Source of the DNA: a virus
Lineage: Duplodnaviria; Caudoviricetes
Reading direction: 5' to 3' (one strand)
Virus record (IMG/VR): IMGVR_UViG_3300013105_000005
Span: 1-64,000 of that record
DNA: 64,000 nt
Shown: positions 1 through 9,017 of the stretch, in pieces
How positions within the stretch are numbered: position 1 is the stretch's first letter
Layout: every line of letters starts with the position of its first letter
Notes under the pieces: model-generated
The model's input: only the letters and a program-made list of their open reading frames with translations
What the model was told of the DNA's origin: nothing
Database searches by the model: none
Translations under genes and position numbers: made by a program

Positions 1-40
1 CCCCTCCCCACCCCGCCCGCTCGAAACAGGAGAACGAAAA

Positions 41-265
41 ATGGCGCGCATTCACACAATACGCCCCTCATGCGGCATGGTTATCGCGAACTACGTTGAC
101 GATGAAATGTTTCACACTGATACGACCGCAGAGCAAGCCAAAGCCGATTTTATCGGCAGGGCAGATCGTACCATCAAAGACTTGCGGGAGAGATTGCATG
201 AGTGGGAGTTGATGCGGGAAGCGGCCAAGGGACTGACAGCGAGCGATTTTGAGCCGAGCCGCTAG
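41..265 (+). CDS. hypothetical phage protein
   Basis: AGGAG RBS upstream of ATG; first of a run of compact + strand ORFs. Confidence 0.55.
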   Translation: MARIHTIRPSCGMVIANYVDDEMFHTDTTAEQAKADFIGRADRTIKDLRERLHEWELMREAAKGLTASDFEPSR

Positions 266-311
266 CCCCACCCCCTCACGCATCTACAAGCGAGCAAACA
301 GGATAAAGCAA

Positions 312-761
312 ATGAAAGCCATCCGAGCCAACGAAGGACAGGCAGCCACCACCGCCTTTGAAGGGCGCACGTTCGCCCGCATATTCCCAATCACCCGCCG
401 AAGTGGACTGCACCTGTTCGAGCATGGGAAGATGAATTGGCAGCGTTACCGTATTGAGCATTGGGAGCACGATACCGCCAGCCAGTGCCGCATTTACGCG
501 CTGCTCCCCGATGACGAGCTGCTGGTGTACCGCGAGGACGCTTGGGTTGGTGGATACGAGCACCACCTGCGGGACACCATTCAAGGCTACCAGCATGACG
601 GGCCTTGGGTGGACGAACTGGAGGAGTATCGCAAGCAACTGAACGCCGCTATCGACGCCGAGATTGAACGGAAGAAAACCGAAAAGCTCCAGCATCTTTC
701 GGTGACCGATCAATCTGAAGCGGCAAAGCTCAGTCGTTTTGCGCGGGAGTTCTCGAAGTAA
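312..761 (+). CDS. hypothetical phage protein
   Basis: ORF 249..761; ATG at 312 preferred to avoid overlap; globular composition. Confidence 0.55.
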   Translation: MKAIRANEGQAATTAFEGRTFARIFPITRRSGLHLFEHGKMNWQRYRIEHWEHDTASQCRIYALLPDDELLVYREDAWVGGYEHHLRDTIQGYQHDGPWVDELEEYRKQLNAAIDAEIERKKTEKLQHLSVTDQSEAAKLSRFAREFSK

Positions 762-876
762 TCCCCGCCCCGTCGCGCGGCGCGAACTATGCGGCAGCGA
801 AGCGACCCACGTTGATTCGGCGGTGCCCGACCCGGACAACGCCACGCCGGGATGTATGGCGTATCGGCGAGAAAGG

Positions 877-1110
877 ATGAAGATGGCAATGGCAAAGAAG
901 AACACGACAGCAGGAACGAGGAAGTTTGAGTTTGAACTGACCAAGCGAATCGAATTAGTCAGGATCGTGACTATCGAAGCTGCTGATGAAGACGAGGCGG
1001 AACGCAAGGTGCAGAAGTTAATTGCGGACGGCTTAGACCGCGAAATCGAATGGAAAGCGCCGGCTGAATGGACTGACTCGAATGACGTGACCGATTATCA
1101 GCTTCGATGA
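877..1110 (+). CDS. hypothetical phage protein
   Basis: AAAGG RBS then ATG 877 in ORF 739..1110. Confidence 0.55.
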   Translation: MKMAMAKKNTTAGTRKFEFELTKRIELVRIVTIEAADEDEAERKVQKLIADGLDREIEWKAPAEWTDSNDVTDYQLR

Positions 1111-1154
1111 GTGAACTGCGGCCAATGCGGGGCGGACGTAACGAAGGAGAAGCA

Positions 1155-1475
1155 ATGACACACTACGACCACCTGTTGCCGCTGTCCCGCGAGATCATCA
1201 AAGGCTTGGCCGGTAAACCCGGCGTCCATTTCGCGGACAAGGAAATGGCGGCGAACTGGCTGGCGCAGAAGCTGGCGGGGATATTGCCCAACCCGAGCTT
1301 CTGCGGGCAGGAGAATAGGCTCGCAGCGTGTGCCCCCGACCTTCTCGCCGCCCTCAAGGGCATCATCGGCATCACCAAAGCCGCCGCGATGGAGCACGGC
1401 TACGGGCCGACGAACCAGGAGCGTATCAAGCGTGCCGAGGCGGCAATCGCCAAGGCGGAACAGGCGGGTGGGTGA
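1155..1475 (+). CDS. hypothetical phage protein (AAPDLLAAL-type motif)
   Basis: AAGGAG RBS; LAACAPDLLAALK motif common in phage early proteins. Confidence 0.65.
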   Translation: MTHYDHLLPLSREIIKGLAGKPGVHFADKEMAANWLAQKLAGILPNPSFCGQENRLAACAPDLLAALKGIIGITKAAAMEHGYGPTNQERIKRAEAAIAKAEQAGG

Positions 1476-1693
1476 TGCGCACCTACTCGGAAAACAACAA
1501 GGGCGTTCATCTTGATAGCCCGGTAGGCGATGGTCGAACGCTGTGCGGTGATGTAGAGGAAGGCGACGAACCATTGGGCATCGAGCCTGCCAATCCCACG
1601 AGTAAAACGACCGTCACTTGCCCCGACTGCATCCGCATCATCGCTTATTGCCGTGGCGTTAAAACTGGAAAAGCGGAACAGGAGCAACGATGA
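1475..1693 (+). CDS. hypothetical phage protein with CxxC
   Basis: TGATG coupling; TLCG...VTCPDC motif. Confidence 0.6.
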   Translation: MRTYSENNKGVHLDSPVGDGRTLCGDVEEGDEPLGIEPANPTSKTTVTCPDCIRIIAYCRGVKTGKAEQEQR

Positions 1694-1926
1694 CCACGAA
1701 AAAACGCCGTGAAGTTCCCGACAAAGCCGCCCTTGAGCGGCACAAGCAAGGCACGCTCGACTTGGCGATCCAGCGCGAGGACGCCATTCGCCAACGGCGC
1801 TAGGATGCGCGGGTGAAGCAGATCGCCATACTAATCGGATGGGATGGCACAATGTTTGAGCAGTATCGTGATATGCGCGACAAGCTCCTCGCCATCCTCC
1901 GCGATGTCGAGAGCAACGGGATTTAA
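1690..1926 (+). pseudogene. small phage gene interrupted by in-frame TAG at 1801-1803
   Basis: ATGA coupling at 1690, frame continues after TAG to TAA 1924-1926, next ATG at 1928. Confidence 0.45.
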
Positions 1927-1927
1927 C

Positions 1928-2320
1928 ATGGAAACACCCAACAAGAAACAAGAGAACGACATGCAGACCACTATCGAAAAGAAGCTCAAACTGCCGTGGG
2001 GCGGGAACTGCGCCGGAGCCTACACCCTATTCGGCAATGGGTTTTCCGCCGTTGTCGCGCCGGTTCTGCAATCATCCGCAGATAGCATCGGCGTTTCTTG
2101 GCGCACGGAGGTAACTGTGTCGGGCAGTGAAGGGATGAGACTGAGCGCCACGTATGTCGGGTGCTTGACGGATCGCGGCATGAGGATGGTGGAGACATTT
2201 TTGTTCGACAGCGCCTTGGGCATTCCCCACGCGCAAAAAGAATTGCGCAGACTGGCGAAGGGCAAGAAGGGATCGGCGGTTAAGACCAACAAGAAACAGA
2301 ATCGCAAGAGGCAACCATGA
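1928..2320 (+). CDS. hypothetical phage protein
   Basis: ORF 1844..2320, ATG 1928; ATGA coupling to next gene. Confidence 0.55.
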   Translation: METPNKKQENDMQTTIEKKLKLPWGGNCAGAYTLFGNGFSAVVAPVLQSSADSIGVSWRTEVTVSGSEGMRLSATYVGCLTDRGMRMVETFLFDSALGIPHAQKELRRLAKGKKGSAVKTNKKQNRKRQP

Positions 2321-2715
2321 CCAAGACCATTTGCATTAGAGGCATGACGCGCGAGCAGATCGTAGCCGCTGGCATAACCTACGTCGGCCGGAGCAATCCC
2401 CGGCGCAGGCTCTACGGTCATGTGCTCGCCAACCCCTTCAAGCATCCGCGCGACGGAACCGTTGCCGAATGCGTCGAAAAGTTCCGCCAGTACCTGCTGG
2501 CGCATCCGGCGTTGGTAATGGAAGCTAAGCGGCTCAAAGGACAAACGCTCGGCTGCTGGTGCGATCAGTCCGAGGGAAACCCCTGCCATGCCAAGGTGAT
2601 CGCTGAAATTGCCGATGCAGGCGACGTGGCGTTCCCCGATGAGGCGACGAAGCAACAGATGCGCAGCGAGCGGATACGGGACCGGCTGATGAAGTTCTAT
2701 CAACGAGGTCGGTAA
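2317..2715 (+). CDS. DUF4326-family protein
   Basis: YVGR...ANPF...LKGQTLGCWC...PCHAKVI signature. Confidence 0.85.
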   Translation: MTKTICIRGMTREQIVAAGITYVGRSNPRRRLYGHVLANPFKHPRDGTVAECVEKFRQYLLAHPALVMEAKRLKGQTLGCWCDQSEGNPCHAKVIAEIADAGDVAFPDEATKQQMRSERIRDRLMKFYQRGR

Positions 2716-2716
2716 C

Positions 2717-3010
2717 ATGACCACACCCAAATACACCCACGACAGCACCTGCTGCACATTCCTCGGCCGTACCACCCACGACGGCACGGAGTACGACCTG
2801 TACTACTGCAACAAGACTTTTAGCGGCGAGACGGTCATTTGCCGCGACGGCGATGACGGACCAAACTACAGGTCGGGCATCATCTTCGGCGAGCAGGGGC
2901 TTGAGCCGTGCGCTACTGCGCTGCGGCTGGCGCACGATCAGGGCTTGACCAAGAATCAGGCGCCCGAGCGGACTTCTCCGCCTGCACCCTCTACGATTCA
3001 CCGTGCCTGA
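2717..3010 (+). CDS. conserved hypothetical phage protein
   Basis: HDxxCCxFLG...DLYYC motif. Confidence 0.6.
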   Translation: MTTPKYTHDSTCCTFLGRTTHDGTEYDLYYCNKTFSGETVICRDGDDGPNYRSGIIFGEQGLEPCATALRLAHDQGLTKNQAPERTSPPAPSTIHRA

Positions 3011-3152
3011 TTATTTGTTGCATCTCCGCCCCCGCCCCGGCAACGTGCCCGCCGAGCTTCGGTTACGCGCGGTGCTGAAGGAGTTGCTGAGGCGGCACAG
3101 GATGCGGTGCGTTGAGGTGCGCGAAGTGAAAGCGAAGGAGTGGAAGCGATGA
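3003..3152 (+). CDS. small hypothetical protein (49 aa, MPDYLLHLRPRPGNVPAELRLRAVLKELLRR...)
   Basis: Translated by hand; GTG start overlapping previous stop, ATGA coupling to next gene. Confidence 0.55.
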   Translation: MPDYLLHLRPRPGNVPAELRLRAVLKELLRRHRMRCVEVREVKAKEWKR

Positions 3153-3271
3153 AGAAACTTACCCCGGCACCATGCGTTTCGGTTGCCGCCCTTGCCGCGT
3201 CGGCGGGTGGCGATGCGTGGGACAAGATTGCTGATCCTGATGCTTATATCCGAGGGATGCGGGGCGAGTGA
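3149..3271 (+). CDS. small hypothetical protein (40 aa)
   Basis: Translated by hand; AAGGAG RBS, ATGA coupling. Confidence 0.5.
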   Translation: MKKLTPAPCVSVAALAASAGGDAWDKIADPDAYIRGMRGE

Positions 3272-3325
3272 TTCTCTTCTCCCCGCTGCTGGCAATAGAC
3301 TGGCGGCGCAACGACCCCGGCTTAG

Positions 3326-3463
3326 TCAGCATGACAACACCAGCTTCTCAACGAATGAAGACCTATCAAGTTTTGCCGCCTTCGCCGCTCGGTTGAGGAT
3401 GCGCAGAGCCTTCGGGGATAGCTTCACCTGTATCCGCACCTTTCCAAGATTTGGTCTGCCCAT
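3326..3463 (-). CDS. ribbon-helix-helix (CopG/Arc-like) DNA-binding protein, 45 aa
   Basis: MGRPNLGKVRIQVKLSPKALRILNRAAKAAKLDRSSFVEKLVLSC: beta strand plus two helices, RS motif; below ORF-track cutoff. Confidence 0.7.
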   Translation of the reverse strand: MGRPNLGKVRIQVKLSPKALRILNRAAKAAKLDRSSFVEKLVLSC

Positions 3464-3469
3464 GGCAAA

Positions 3470-3522
3470 ATCATATCACGCACACGCTTGGACTTGCAAA
3501 CAGCGGAAACAGTGTGTACGAT
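3470..3522. promoter_or_regulatory. divergent sigma-70 promoters sharing palindromic -35 TTGCAA (3494-3499)
   Basis: +: TTGCAA-17-TACGAT(3517-3522)-6 nt-GTG; -: TTGCAA-18-TATGAT(3475-3470)-6 nt-ATG. Confidence 0.7.
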
Positions 3523-3528
3523 ACGTAC

Positions 3529-4710
3529 GTGTTCCGTTCGCATCGCATCCAACTTGATCCCACCGATAAGCAGCTCACTTATTTCGCTAAGGCGAGCGGA
3601 GTTGCGCGTCTTGCTTACAACTGGGGGCTTGCTGAATGGAAGAAACAATATGCGATCGGCGGAAAGCCTTCTGAGAGAAGCATCCGACGCTATTTCAACA
3701 GCATTAAGGATGATAAATTCCCGTTTGTCCGCGAAGTAACAAAATGCGCATCGGAAGCTGCGTTGAAGAATCTAGGGTACGCGTTCCAAAACTTTTTCAA
3801 TAGCAATGCAAAATACCCGTCCTTCAAGAAAAAGGGGCGGCGCGACGCTTTTGAAATTGATAACAGCCACTTAAAATTAGATGGATACAGAATACAAGTA
3901 CCAAAACTCGGATGGGTACGCATGCGCGAGCAACTTCGGTTATCTGGCAAGCTAATCTCCGCCACGATCAGCCGCACTGCCGATCACTGGTTTGTCAGCG
4001 TAACAGTTGAACTACCGGACCCGATACCGCCCAAGCATGAAGGCCCAGCCATCGGCATAGACTTCGGCTGTATCAACTTCGCAACTCTCAGTACGGGCGA
4101 AGTGATTGAGGGGCCAAAGCCGCACAAGCAAATGCTTAGTCGTCTGCGCCGCCTGAATAAGTCGTTACATCGGAAGAAACTCGGATCCCGCAACCGCAAC
4201 AGGGCTAGGCGCAAGCTTGCGAAACTTCACGCTCATATCGCAAATATTCGCTGTGACTTTCTGCACAAATTCACCACTGGTATCTGTCGCAATTTCTCTG
4301 TAATAGGCATTGAAGACTTAAATGTATTTGGCATGACAAAAACCACGCGCGCCAGATCGGTTATGGACCAAGCCCCTTACGAAATGCGGCGTCAGCTTGA
4401 ATACAAATCACCGATGACAGGTTCGGTGGTAAAGGCTGCGGATCGTTTCTATCCATCAAGTCGCCTGTGCAATGTGTGTGGCGTGAAGAATACGGGGTTG
4501 AAGTTGTCTGATCGTGAGTGGACATGCACTGAATGCGGCACCGTTCACGACCGGGACGACAATGCAAGTCAGAACCTAAAGAACATGGCCGTCGGTTCGA
4601 CGGTGACAGCCTGTGGAGTTGGAAGCTCTGGCGCGGGACCGAAACGCGCGAAACTGCCGACTGCGAAGCAGGAACCGAACGCTAGCGACTCCGTTGGGAT
4701 AGCTGGGTAG
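3529..4710 (+). CDS. tnpB: TnpB RNA-guided endonuclease (IS200/IS605-IS607 type)
   Basis: HRIQLDP...ARLAYNWGL N-terminus; RuvC GIDFG, IEDL, DRDDNA; CNVC/CTEC zinc finger; GTG 3529 start. Confidence 0.95.
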   Translation: MFRSHRIQLDPTDKQLTYFAKASGVARLAYNWGLAEWKKQYAIGGKPSERSIRRYFNSIKDDKFPFVREVTKCASEAALKNLGYAFQNFFNSNAKYPSFKKKGRRDAFEIDNSHLKLDGYRIQVPKLGWVRMREQLRLSGKLISATISRTADHWFVSVTVELPDPIPPKHEGPAIGIDFGCINFATLSTGEVIEGPKPHKQMLSRLRRLNKSLHRKKLGSRNRNRARRKLAKLHAHIANIRCDFLHKFTTGICRNFSVIGIEDLNVFGMTKTTRARSVMDQAPYEMRRQLEYKSPMTGSVVKAADRFYPSSRLCNVCGVKNTGLKLSDREWTCTECGTVHDRDDNASQNLKNMAVGSTVTACGVGSSGAGPKRAKLPTAKQEPNASDSVGIAG

Positions 4711-4723
4711 GTTTCGGAGAACA
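4570..4723 (+). ncRNA. putative TnpB omegaRNA/reRNA scaffold
   Basis: Overlaps tnpB 3' end and right end as in characterised TnpBs; hairpins such as GCCGTCGGTTCGACGGT; boundaries approximate. Confidence 0.55.
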
Positions 4724-4789
4724 GTAGTCCGCCTTCGGTACGGCACCACCACCACTCGCGTTTTAGGGTGTTTCCCTACGCATAATTGC

Positions 4790-4818
4790 TTGCACCCCAT
4801 CACTTGGCCCCGTAGAAT
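4790..4818 (+). promoter_or_regulatory. sigma-70 promoter
   Basis: TTGCAC-17-TAGAAT. Confidence 0.6.
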
Positions 4819-4939
4819 TACGCAACGGCTTACGAAGCCGCCACCGGCGCGGGCAACGCCGATTCGATGCACCATCTCAGGCAGCAAAGGGCGCGACGGT
4901 GCCGGTAAGCCACGGAGCGGCGCGCCGGAGGTTCCGCGC

Positions 4940-5824
4940 ATGGCGATCACGGTGTACGCGGCGTTACAGGCAGGCATCAAGGTCAAGGCGCCGAAGCCAC
5001 CATCCCCTTATCGTCGGCAGGTCGGTCTTGATGATGACCAAGTTGAAGAAAAAAAGGCGAATCTTCGCAACGACTGCCCCAGCGAATATTGGGTTGATAC
5101 GCACTTCCAGAAGCATTACGACTTCAGCCCCGACGGCGAGCGGATGGAATACCGAACCTTCCACCGGAAGGCATTCCCGCCCAAAGGGAGCACGATGTGC
5201 CGTTGCCGAAAGTGCCTGGCACAAGGTGAGAACGAGCCGGGCATCGCACCACTCACGCCGCCCGACTTCCATGTTGGCGAGGCGGTATGTGTAGATCATC
5301 TGCCGGATTACATCAACGAAGGATTCGGCCCGTCTCCATCCGGTCGCGCCATCGCCGAACTGGAATACCGCAACCTGAGGCTCGAAGAGACGCGTTTGCC
5401 ATCGGACACCACCAGCAGCCTACGACGGGAGATTCGGCGCTACCTTGACGGGAAAAGCCCTCTGGCGCGGAAGCTGGTTGGCAATGCCATCGAACGAGAG
5501 GCTCGCGAAATCTTTGCCACGACTCATGCCCTGCGGATCATCACGTTGCCGGAAGGGGTTGAACCGACAATCGCGCAGCGGCTGGTGTGCCTGCTGGCCG
5601 GCCGCACCCGCGAGCAATGGGTGAATCAGGAGTTTTACGCCGTTGTTCGCCGGGCATCGCGCCGCAATGGAATCAATGCTTTCTCTCTCGTCCGGCAGTT
5701 CATGGAGCATTGCTTTGCTGAACTGGCGATCGATGCCTGTTTTCCGCACGGCGTCAAAATAAAGGCATCGCACTTGGCGGCGCAGACTGACCTTATCCCG
5801 ATTTATTCGCGGATGCCTGCCTGA
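4940..5824 (+). CDS. hypothetical protein with CRCRKC putative Zn site
   Basis: GGAGG RBS before ATG 4940 in ORF 4790..5824. Confidence 0.6.
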   Translation: MAITVYAALQAGIKVKAPKPPSPYRRQVGLDDDQVEEKKANLRNDCPSEYWVDTHFQKHYDFSPDGERMEYRTFHRKAFPPKGSTMCRCRKCLAQGENEPGIAPLTPPDFHVGEAVCVDHLPDYINEGFGPSPSGRAIAELEYRNLRLEETRLPSDTTSSLRREIRRYLDGKSPLARKLVGNAIEREAREIFATTHALRIITLPEGVEPTIAQRLVCLLAGRTREQWVNQEFYAVVRRASRRNGINAFSLVRQFMEHCFAELAIDACFPHGVKIKASHLAAQTDLIPIYSRMPA

Positions 5825-5841
5825 AAAATCGGTTCCGTCCC

Positions 5842-6117
5842 GTGCCGTCCCCCTCCCGGTATAAGGTAGTGGAGGATATCGCTACCATGCTGTCTCTGCT
5901 GTCACCTCGACAACGCGAAGCATACGAGTTAAAGGCGCAGGGGATGACGCGCAACGAGGTAGCGGAAGTCATGGGTATTGAGCCATCCCGCGTAAAGAAT
6001 TTGTGGCAGGAAGGTCGCCGCAAAATTCGCCGCAAACACACCGAAATCACGCCACACGCTCAGCTTGAAAAGCCGCGATCAATTCGTCCAGCACAACTTA
6101 GTTCCTGCATCGTCTGA
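5842..6117 (+). CDS. sigma-70 region 4/LuxR-like HTH regulator (candidate late-gene regulator)
   Basis: LSPRQREAYELKAQGMTRNEVAEVMGIEPSRVKNL...GRRKI. Confidence 0.8.
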   Translation: MPSPSRYKVVEDIATMLSLLSPRQREAYELKAQGMTRNEVAEVMGIEPSRVKNLWQEGRRKIRRKHTEITPHAQLEKPRSIRPAQLSSCIV

Positions 6118-6259
6118 AAAGTCCCGTTTCGCCTGTAGCAGACCAGAAACGGTCCTCGCGTAATGGAACCTTCCCGGGGCTTTGAACCCCAGAGCCGCGC
6201 CGCGCATGGCGCATTCCCCTCCGCCCGGCGGAATCACCTCCGCCGGGTTTATAAAACAC

Positions 6260-6478
6260 ATGGCAACCGCTGAAACAGTCGCAAGACGCAAGGATCGCAA
6301 CGTCATGCGCTCGTCGCATGGCAAGTTCACACGTCAATCCCTCATGGCCCACCAGGCTAAGGTGTCAAAGCCGAAGGCGCATGTTGTGAAATTGCAGGAG
6401 AAAAACTGCCCATCGGAACAATGGGTAAAGTACGTCCCCTGCGCGATTCCTTTAGAAAACTACCGCGCACATTGGTAA
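6260..6478 (+). CDS. small basic hypothetical protein
   Basis: ATG 6260 in ORF 6182..6478. Confidence 0.45.
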   Translation: MATAETVARRKDRNVMRSSHGKFTRQSLMAHQAKVSKPKAHVVKLQEKNCPSEQWVKYVPCAIPLENYRAHW

Positions 6479-6496
6479 CGATGCTCGCATGGTGCT

Positions 6497-6705
6497 AGGG
6501 GCGGGCGGCTTGGGTCGTAGCTGACGGTCGCCCGCCCCTTCGGATTGCTCTAGCCCTGGTCGCGATAGAGCCAGCGCCTGAACCGGCAGGTGGGGTTTCG
6601 CCGATTCGCCGAAGAGAGCCGGAAACTCTCAACGCGGTAGGTGAAGACGTTGCACAGCGATGTACCTGTGCGTGACTTGATTCGGGTCCGGGGCTAGAGC
6701 AATCC
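6497..6705. ncRNA. putative structured ncRNA: hairpin plus six-arm multiloop closed by a perfect 15-bp stem
   Basis: GGATTGCTCTAGCCC (6542-6556) / GGGCTAGAGCAATCC (6691-6705); six consecutive internal hairpins; 13-bp hairpin 6497-6539. Confidence 0.6.
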
Positions 6706-6713
6706 CTTCGGTT

Positions 6714-7151
6714 ATGCAACGCCGTTCCTGCACACTCGCCGGCCCGCGCAAGCTGATGAAGTTCGACCAGACCGACGCGGCTCGGCAGACGCAACTTGCC
6801 GCGAAGGCTGCGGAGATACGCCGGCTGCTGGGAAATGGACAAGCCGAAGCGGAAGCGGGCACCGGCGGCGTAACGGGCCTCTTTCCCGTAAGCCGTCGCG
6901 TCGGAAGCACTGCCGTGCGCGACGGCTTTTCAAACATGACCGACCACCAGAAGAACATCGACCTCGATCGCCGCTTTGCCGAACTGGAAAAGCGCGTTGC
7001 TGAGTTGGAGAAGGGGAACTTCTGCAACCTGTCGTGGCCTTCCGGGGCCGTGACGTTCGGGGAAACCTGCTCATCGCTAACCGATTCAATCGCAAACGTC
7101 CCCACCGGCCTTTCCGGGGTCGTTGGGCAAGAAGAACGCGCCGGCGACTGA
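6714..7151 (+). CDS. hypothetical protein, coiled-coil segment
   Basis: ORF; FAELEKRVAELEK. Confidence 0.5.
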   Translation: MQRRSCTLAGPRKLMKFDQTDAARQTQLAAKAAEIRRLLGNGQAEAEAGTGGVTGLFPVSRRVGSTAVRDGFSNMTDHQKNIDLDRRFAELEKRVAELEKGNFCNLSWPSGAVTFGETCSSLTDSIANVPTGLSGVVGQEERAGD

Positions 7152-7328
7152 CCGCGAGTAAATCCGTGTGGCTGAGTCCTCGCCACAACCCGACCTCGCC
7201 CGCCGTGTCGCCGAACTCGAGCGCCGCATGGACGAAGCCGACAAGGCGCGCACGGAAGACGAGCGGACGATTCACACCCTGCGGAATCTGCTGATGCGCC
7301 ACCCGAAGGCACCGGAGCCGACGAAAGA

Positions 7329-7571
7329 ATGACCACCGGGGAAATTACATCCCTCGTCGTCGGCGTCGTCACCGGCACCCTTCCCGCCGTCGCCGCGTTT
7401 ATCCTGGCTTTACGCCACGGCTGGCAAATCTCCGATCTTCAGGGCACCGCCGACGCGCATACCGAGCAAATCGACAAGCTGAAGGACCACACGAAATGCA
7501 CGGACCTGCCGCCGTCGCACAAGCCGGCTAAGCGGCAGGCGCATCATAATTCGCACCTCAACGGCGGCTGA
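7329..7571 (+). CDS. small membrane protein (holin-like)
   Basis: N-terminal hydrophobic helix, short basic tail. Confidence 0.5.
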   Translation: MTTGEITSLVVGVVTGTLPAVAAFILALRHGWQISDLQGTADAHTEQIDKLKDHTKCTDLPPSHKPAKRQAHHNSHLNGG

Positions 7572-7803
7572 TGAAAAAGCAGAAAACGACAAAACCAAAA
7601 CGGCGCGACGTGCTAATCCCGCCGCCTCCGCCGAATGTGGAGATTCGCGAAGGATCAAGCGATATGCGCCCGCTTCCGCAAAATCTCCCTTGGCGGCTAA
7701 TCCGGGTAGATTGAATGCCCTGGCAAGTGATCGCGCTCCTGATTTTCTCTGCCGCCCTTTTGCTCATCTTCTTTATCGTCACGATTCTGGACGACGACAA
7801 CCC

Positions 7804-8535
7804 ATGAACCGCCTCATCCACATTCCCGCCATCGCCGTCACCGCCGCGCTGCTCGTCCCGTTCATGTGGGGGTGCCAGCCCACGCATACCGCCTCAGACC
7901 TCACGAACCACGGCCAGCGCGCGGGTGCCAAGCTCGCCGACATCAGTAGCGACATCATCGCCGCCAAGACCCACGCGGACTCCTACGGCAAGGCAATGCT
8001 CGATTCGGCGTCCGTCACCCTCGCATCGGTGCTGAAAGAGGACATGCCGGCGCTGGAAGCCGCTGGGGGATTGCTTGAGAAAGAACAGAAGGCGCACGCC
8101 GCCGACCTTGCGCGAGACAAGTGGATCGGCTGGAAGACACGGGCGATACTGACCACCATCCTCATCATCTTTATCGTGCTGTTCGTCATCCACTTCGGAA
8201 GCATCGGCCTGTCGATTTTCTTCCAGTTCAGCAATCCGCCGCTGGCTCTGGTCTTCGGAAACATCGCGCGCATCGTCAATCCGCCGGCCTGGGGCTTGTG
8301 GGTGCTCTCGCATTTCGAGCGGCAGTCTGCGGCTACTCAGGCGGCCGTCACCGGGACTGTGCCGGGTGTGACGCCGAAGCAGCAAGCCAGCCTCGTCGCC
8401 AAGATGCTGAAGGCGCGTGGGGGCGGGGCGAAAATGCCCGTGACAGCGCGAACAATCGCTACCAACGTCACGACGTTTACGCCGCCCGGAACCATTGGCA
8501 GTCCGATTTCGTTCGACGCGGGGAATGGACCGTGA
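7804..8535 (+). CDS. lipoprotein with additional TM segment (spanin-like candidate)
   Basis: Signal peptide ending MWGC, coiled region, TM TILIIFIVLFVIHFG. Confidence 0.55.
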   Translation: MNRLIHIPAIAVTAALLVPFMWGCQPTHTASDLTNHGQRAGAKLADISSDIIAAKTHADSYGKAMLDSASVTLASVLKEDMPALEAAGGLLEKEQKAHAADLARDKWIGWKTRAILTTILIIFIVLFVIHFGSIGLSIFFQFSNPPLALVFGNIARIVNPPAWGLWVLSHFERQSAATQAAVTGTVPGVTPKQQASLVAKMLKARGGGAKMPVTARTIATNVTTFTPPGTIGSPISFDAGNGP

Positions 8536-9017
8536 TCGGTTACAATCCGGCGATGACAAGCGAAGAAATTGAGAAGCTGGACGCGATTGCGTTGACGGTC
8601 GAGGCGCACCGAATCCTCGGCCTCACGATTGAGCGATACGAATCCAGTCCCGGTCACGGGCGCGATGGATGGCGGGAGTACACCAACTGGAGGGCCGTCT
8701 ACAAGGATGGTTCGGAATGGGGTCGCGTTTACTGCGACTGCGATTCTCCAACCACCGAATTGCTCGACAAGTTGAACGTCGAAAATCACTCCGCCTCATG
8801 GGATTCTGCCGCGATGCTTTTTGAACATGAGAGTTGGCCTTTGGAGTATCGGGTGACCTGCGACCCTATGGGCTTCCCGAAATTCAAAGTAGAGAATGCA
8901 AACTCCGGTCGCCTCGTTTCGGGAGGGGACGAATTAGCAGAAGTGATTACCCGCGCGTTTGTTGTTGCCAATCATTCGCTTGTGCCTGCTGGTGTTGCGC
9001 CCGCGCCTCCCGCGTAA
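8532..9017 (+). CDS. phage protein (ABA-sandwich-like)
   Basis: GTGA coupling; ASWDSAAMLFE...LAEVITRAFVVA pattern. Confidence 0.5.
   Translation: MIGYNPAMTSEEIEKLDAIALTVEAHRILGLTIERYESSPGHGRDGWREYTNWRAVYKDGSEWGRVYCDCDSPTTELLDKLNVENHSASWDSAAMLFEHESWPLEYRVTCDPMGFPKFKVENANSGRLVSGGDELAEVITRAFVVANHSLVPAGVAPAPPA

Larger units (their letters stand above)
3326..4723 (+). mobile_element. non-autonomous tnpB-only insertion element (no TnpA); left end uncertain
   Basis: tnpB with lower GC than flanks; right-end-like AAGCAGGAA...TAGGTTTCGGAGAAC; no transposase nearby. Confidence 0.55.
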
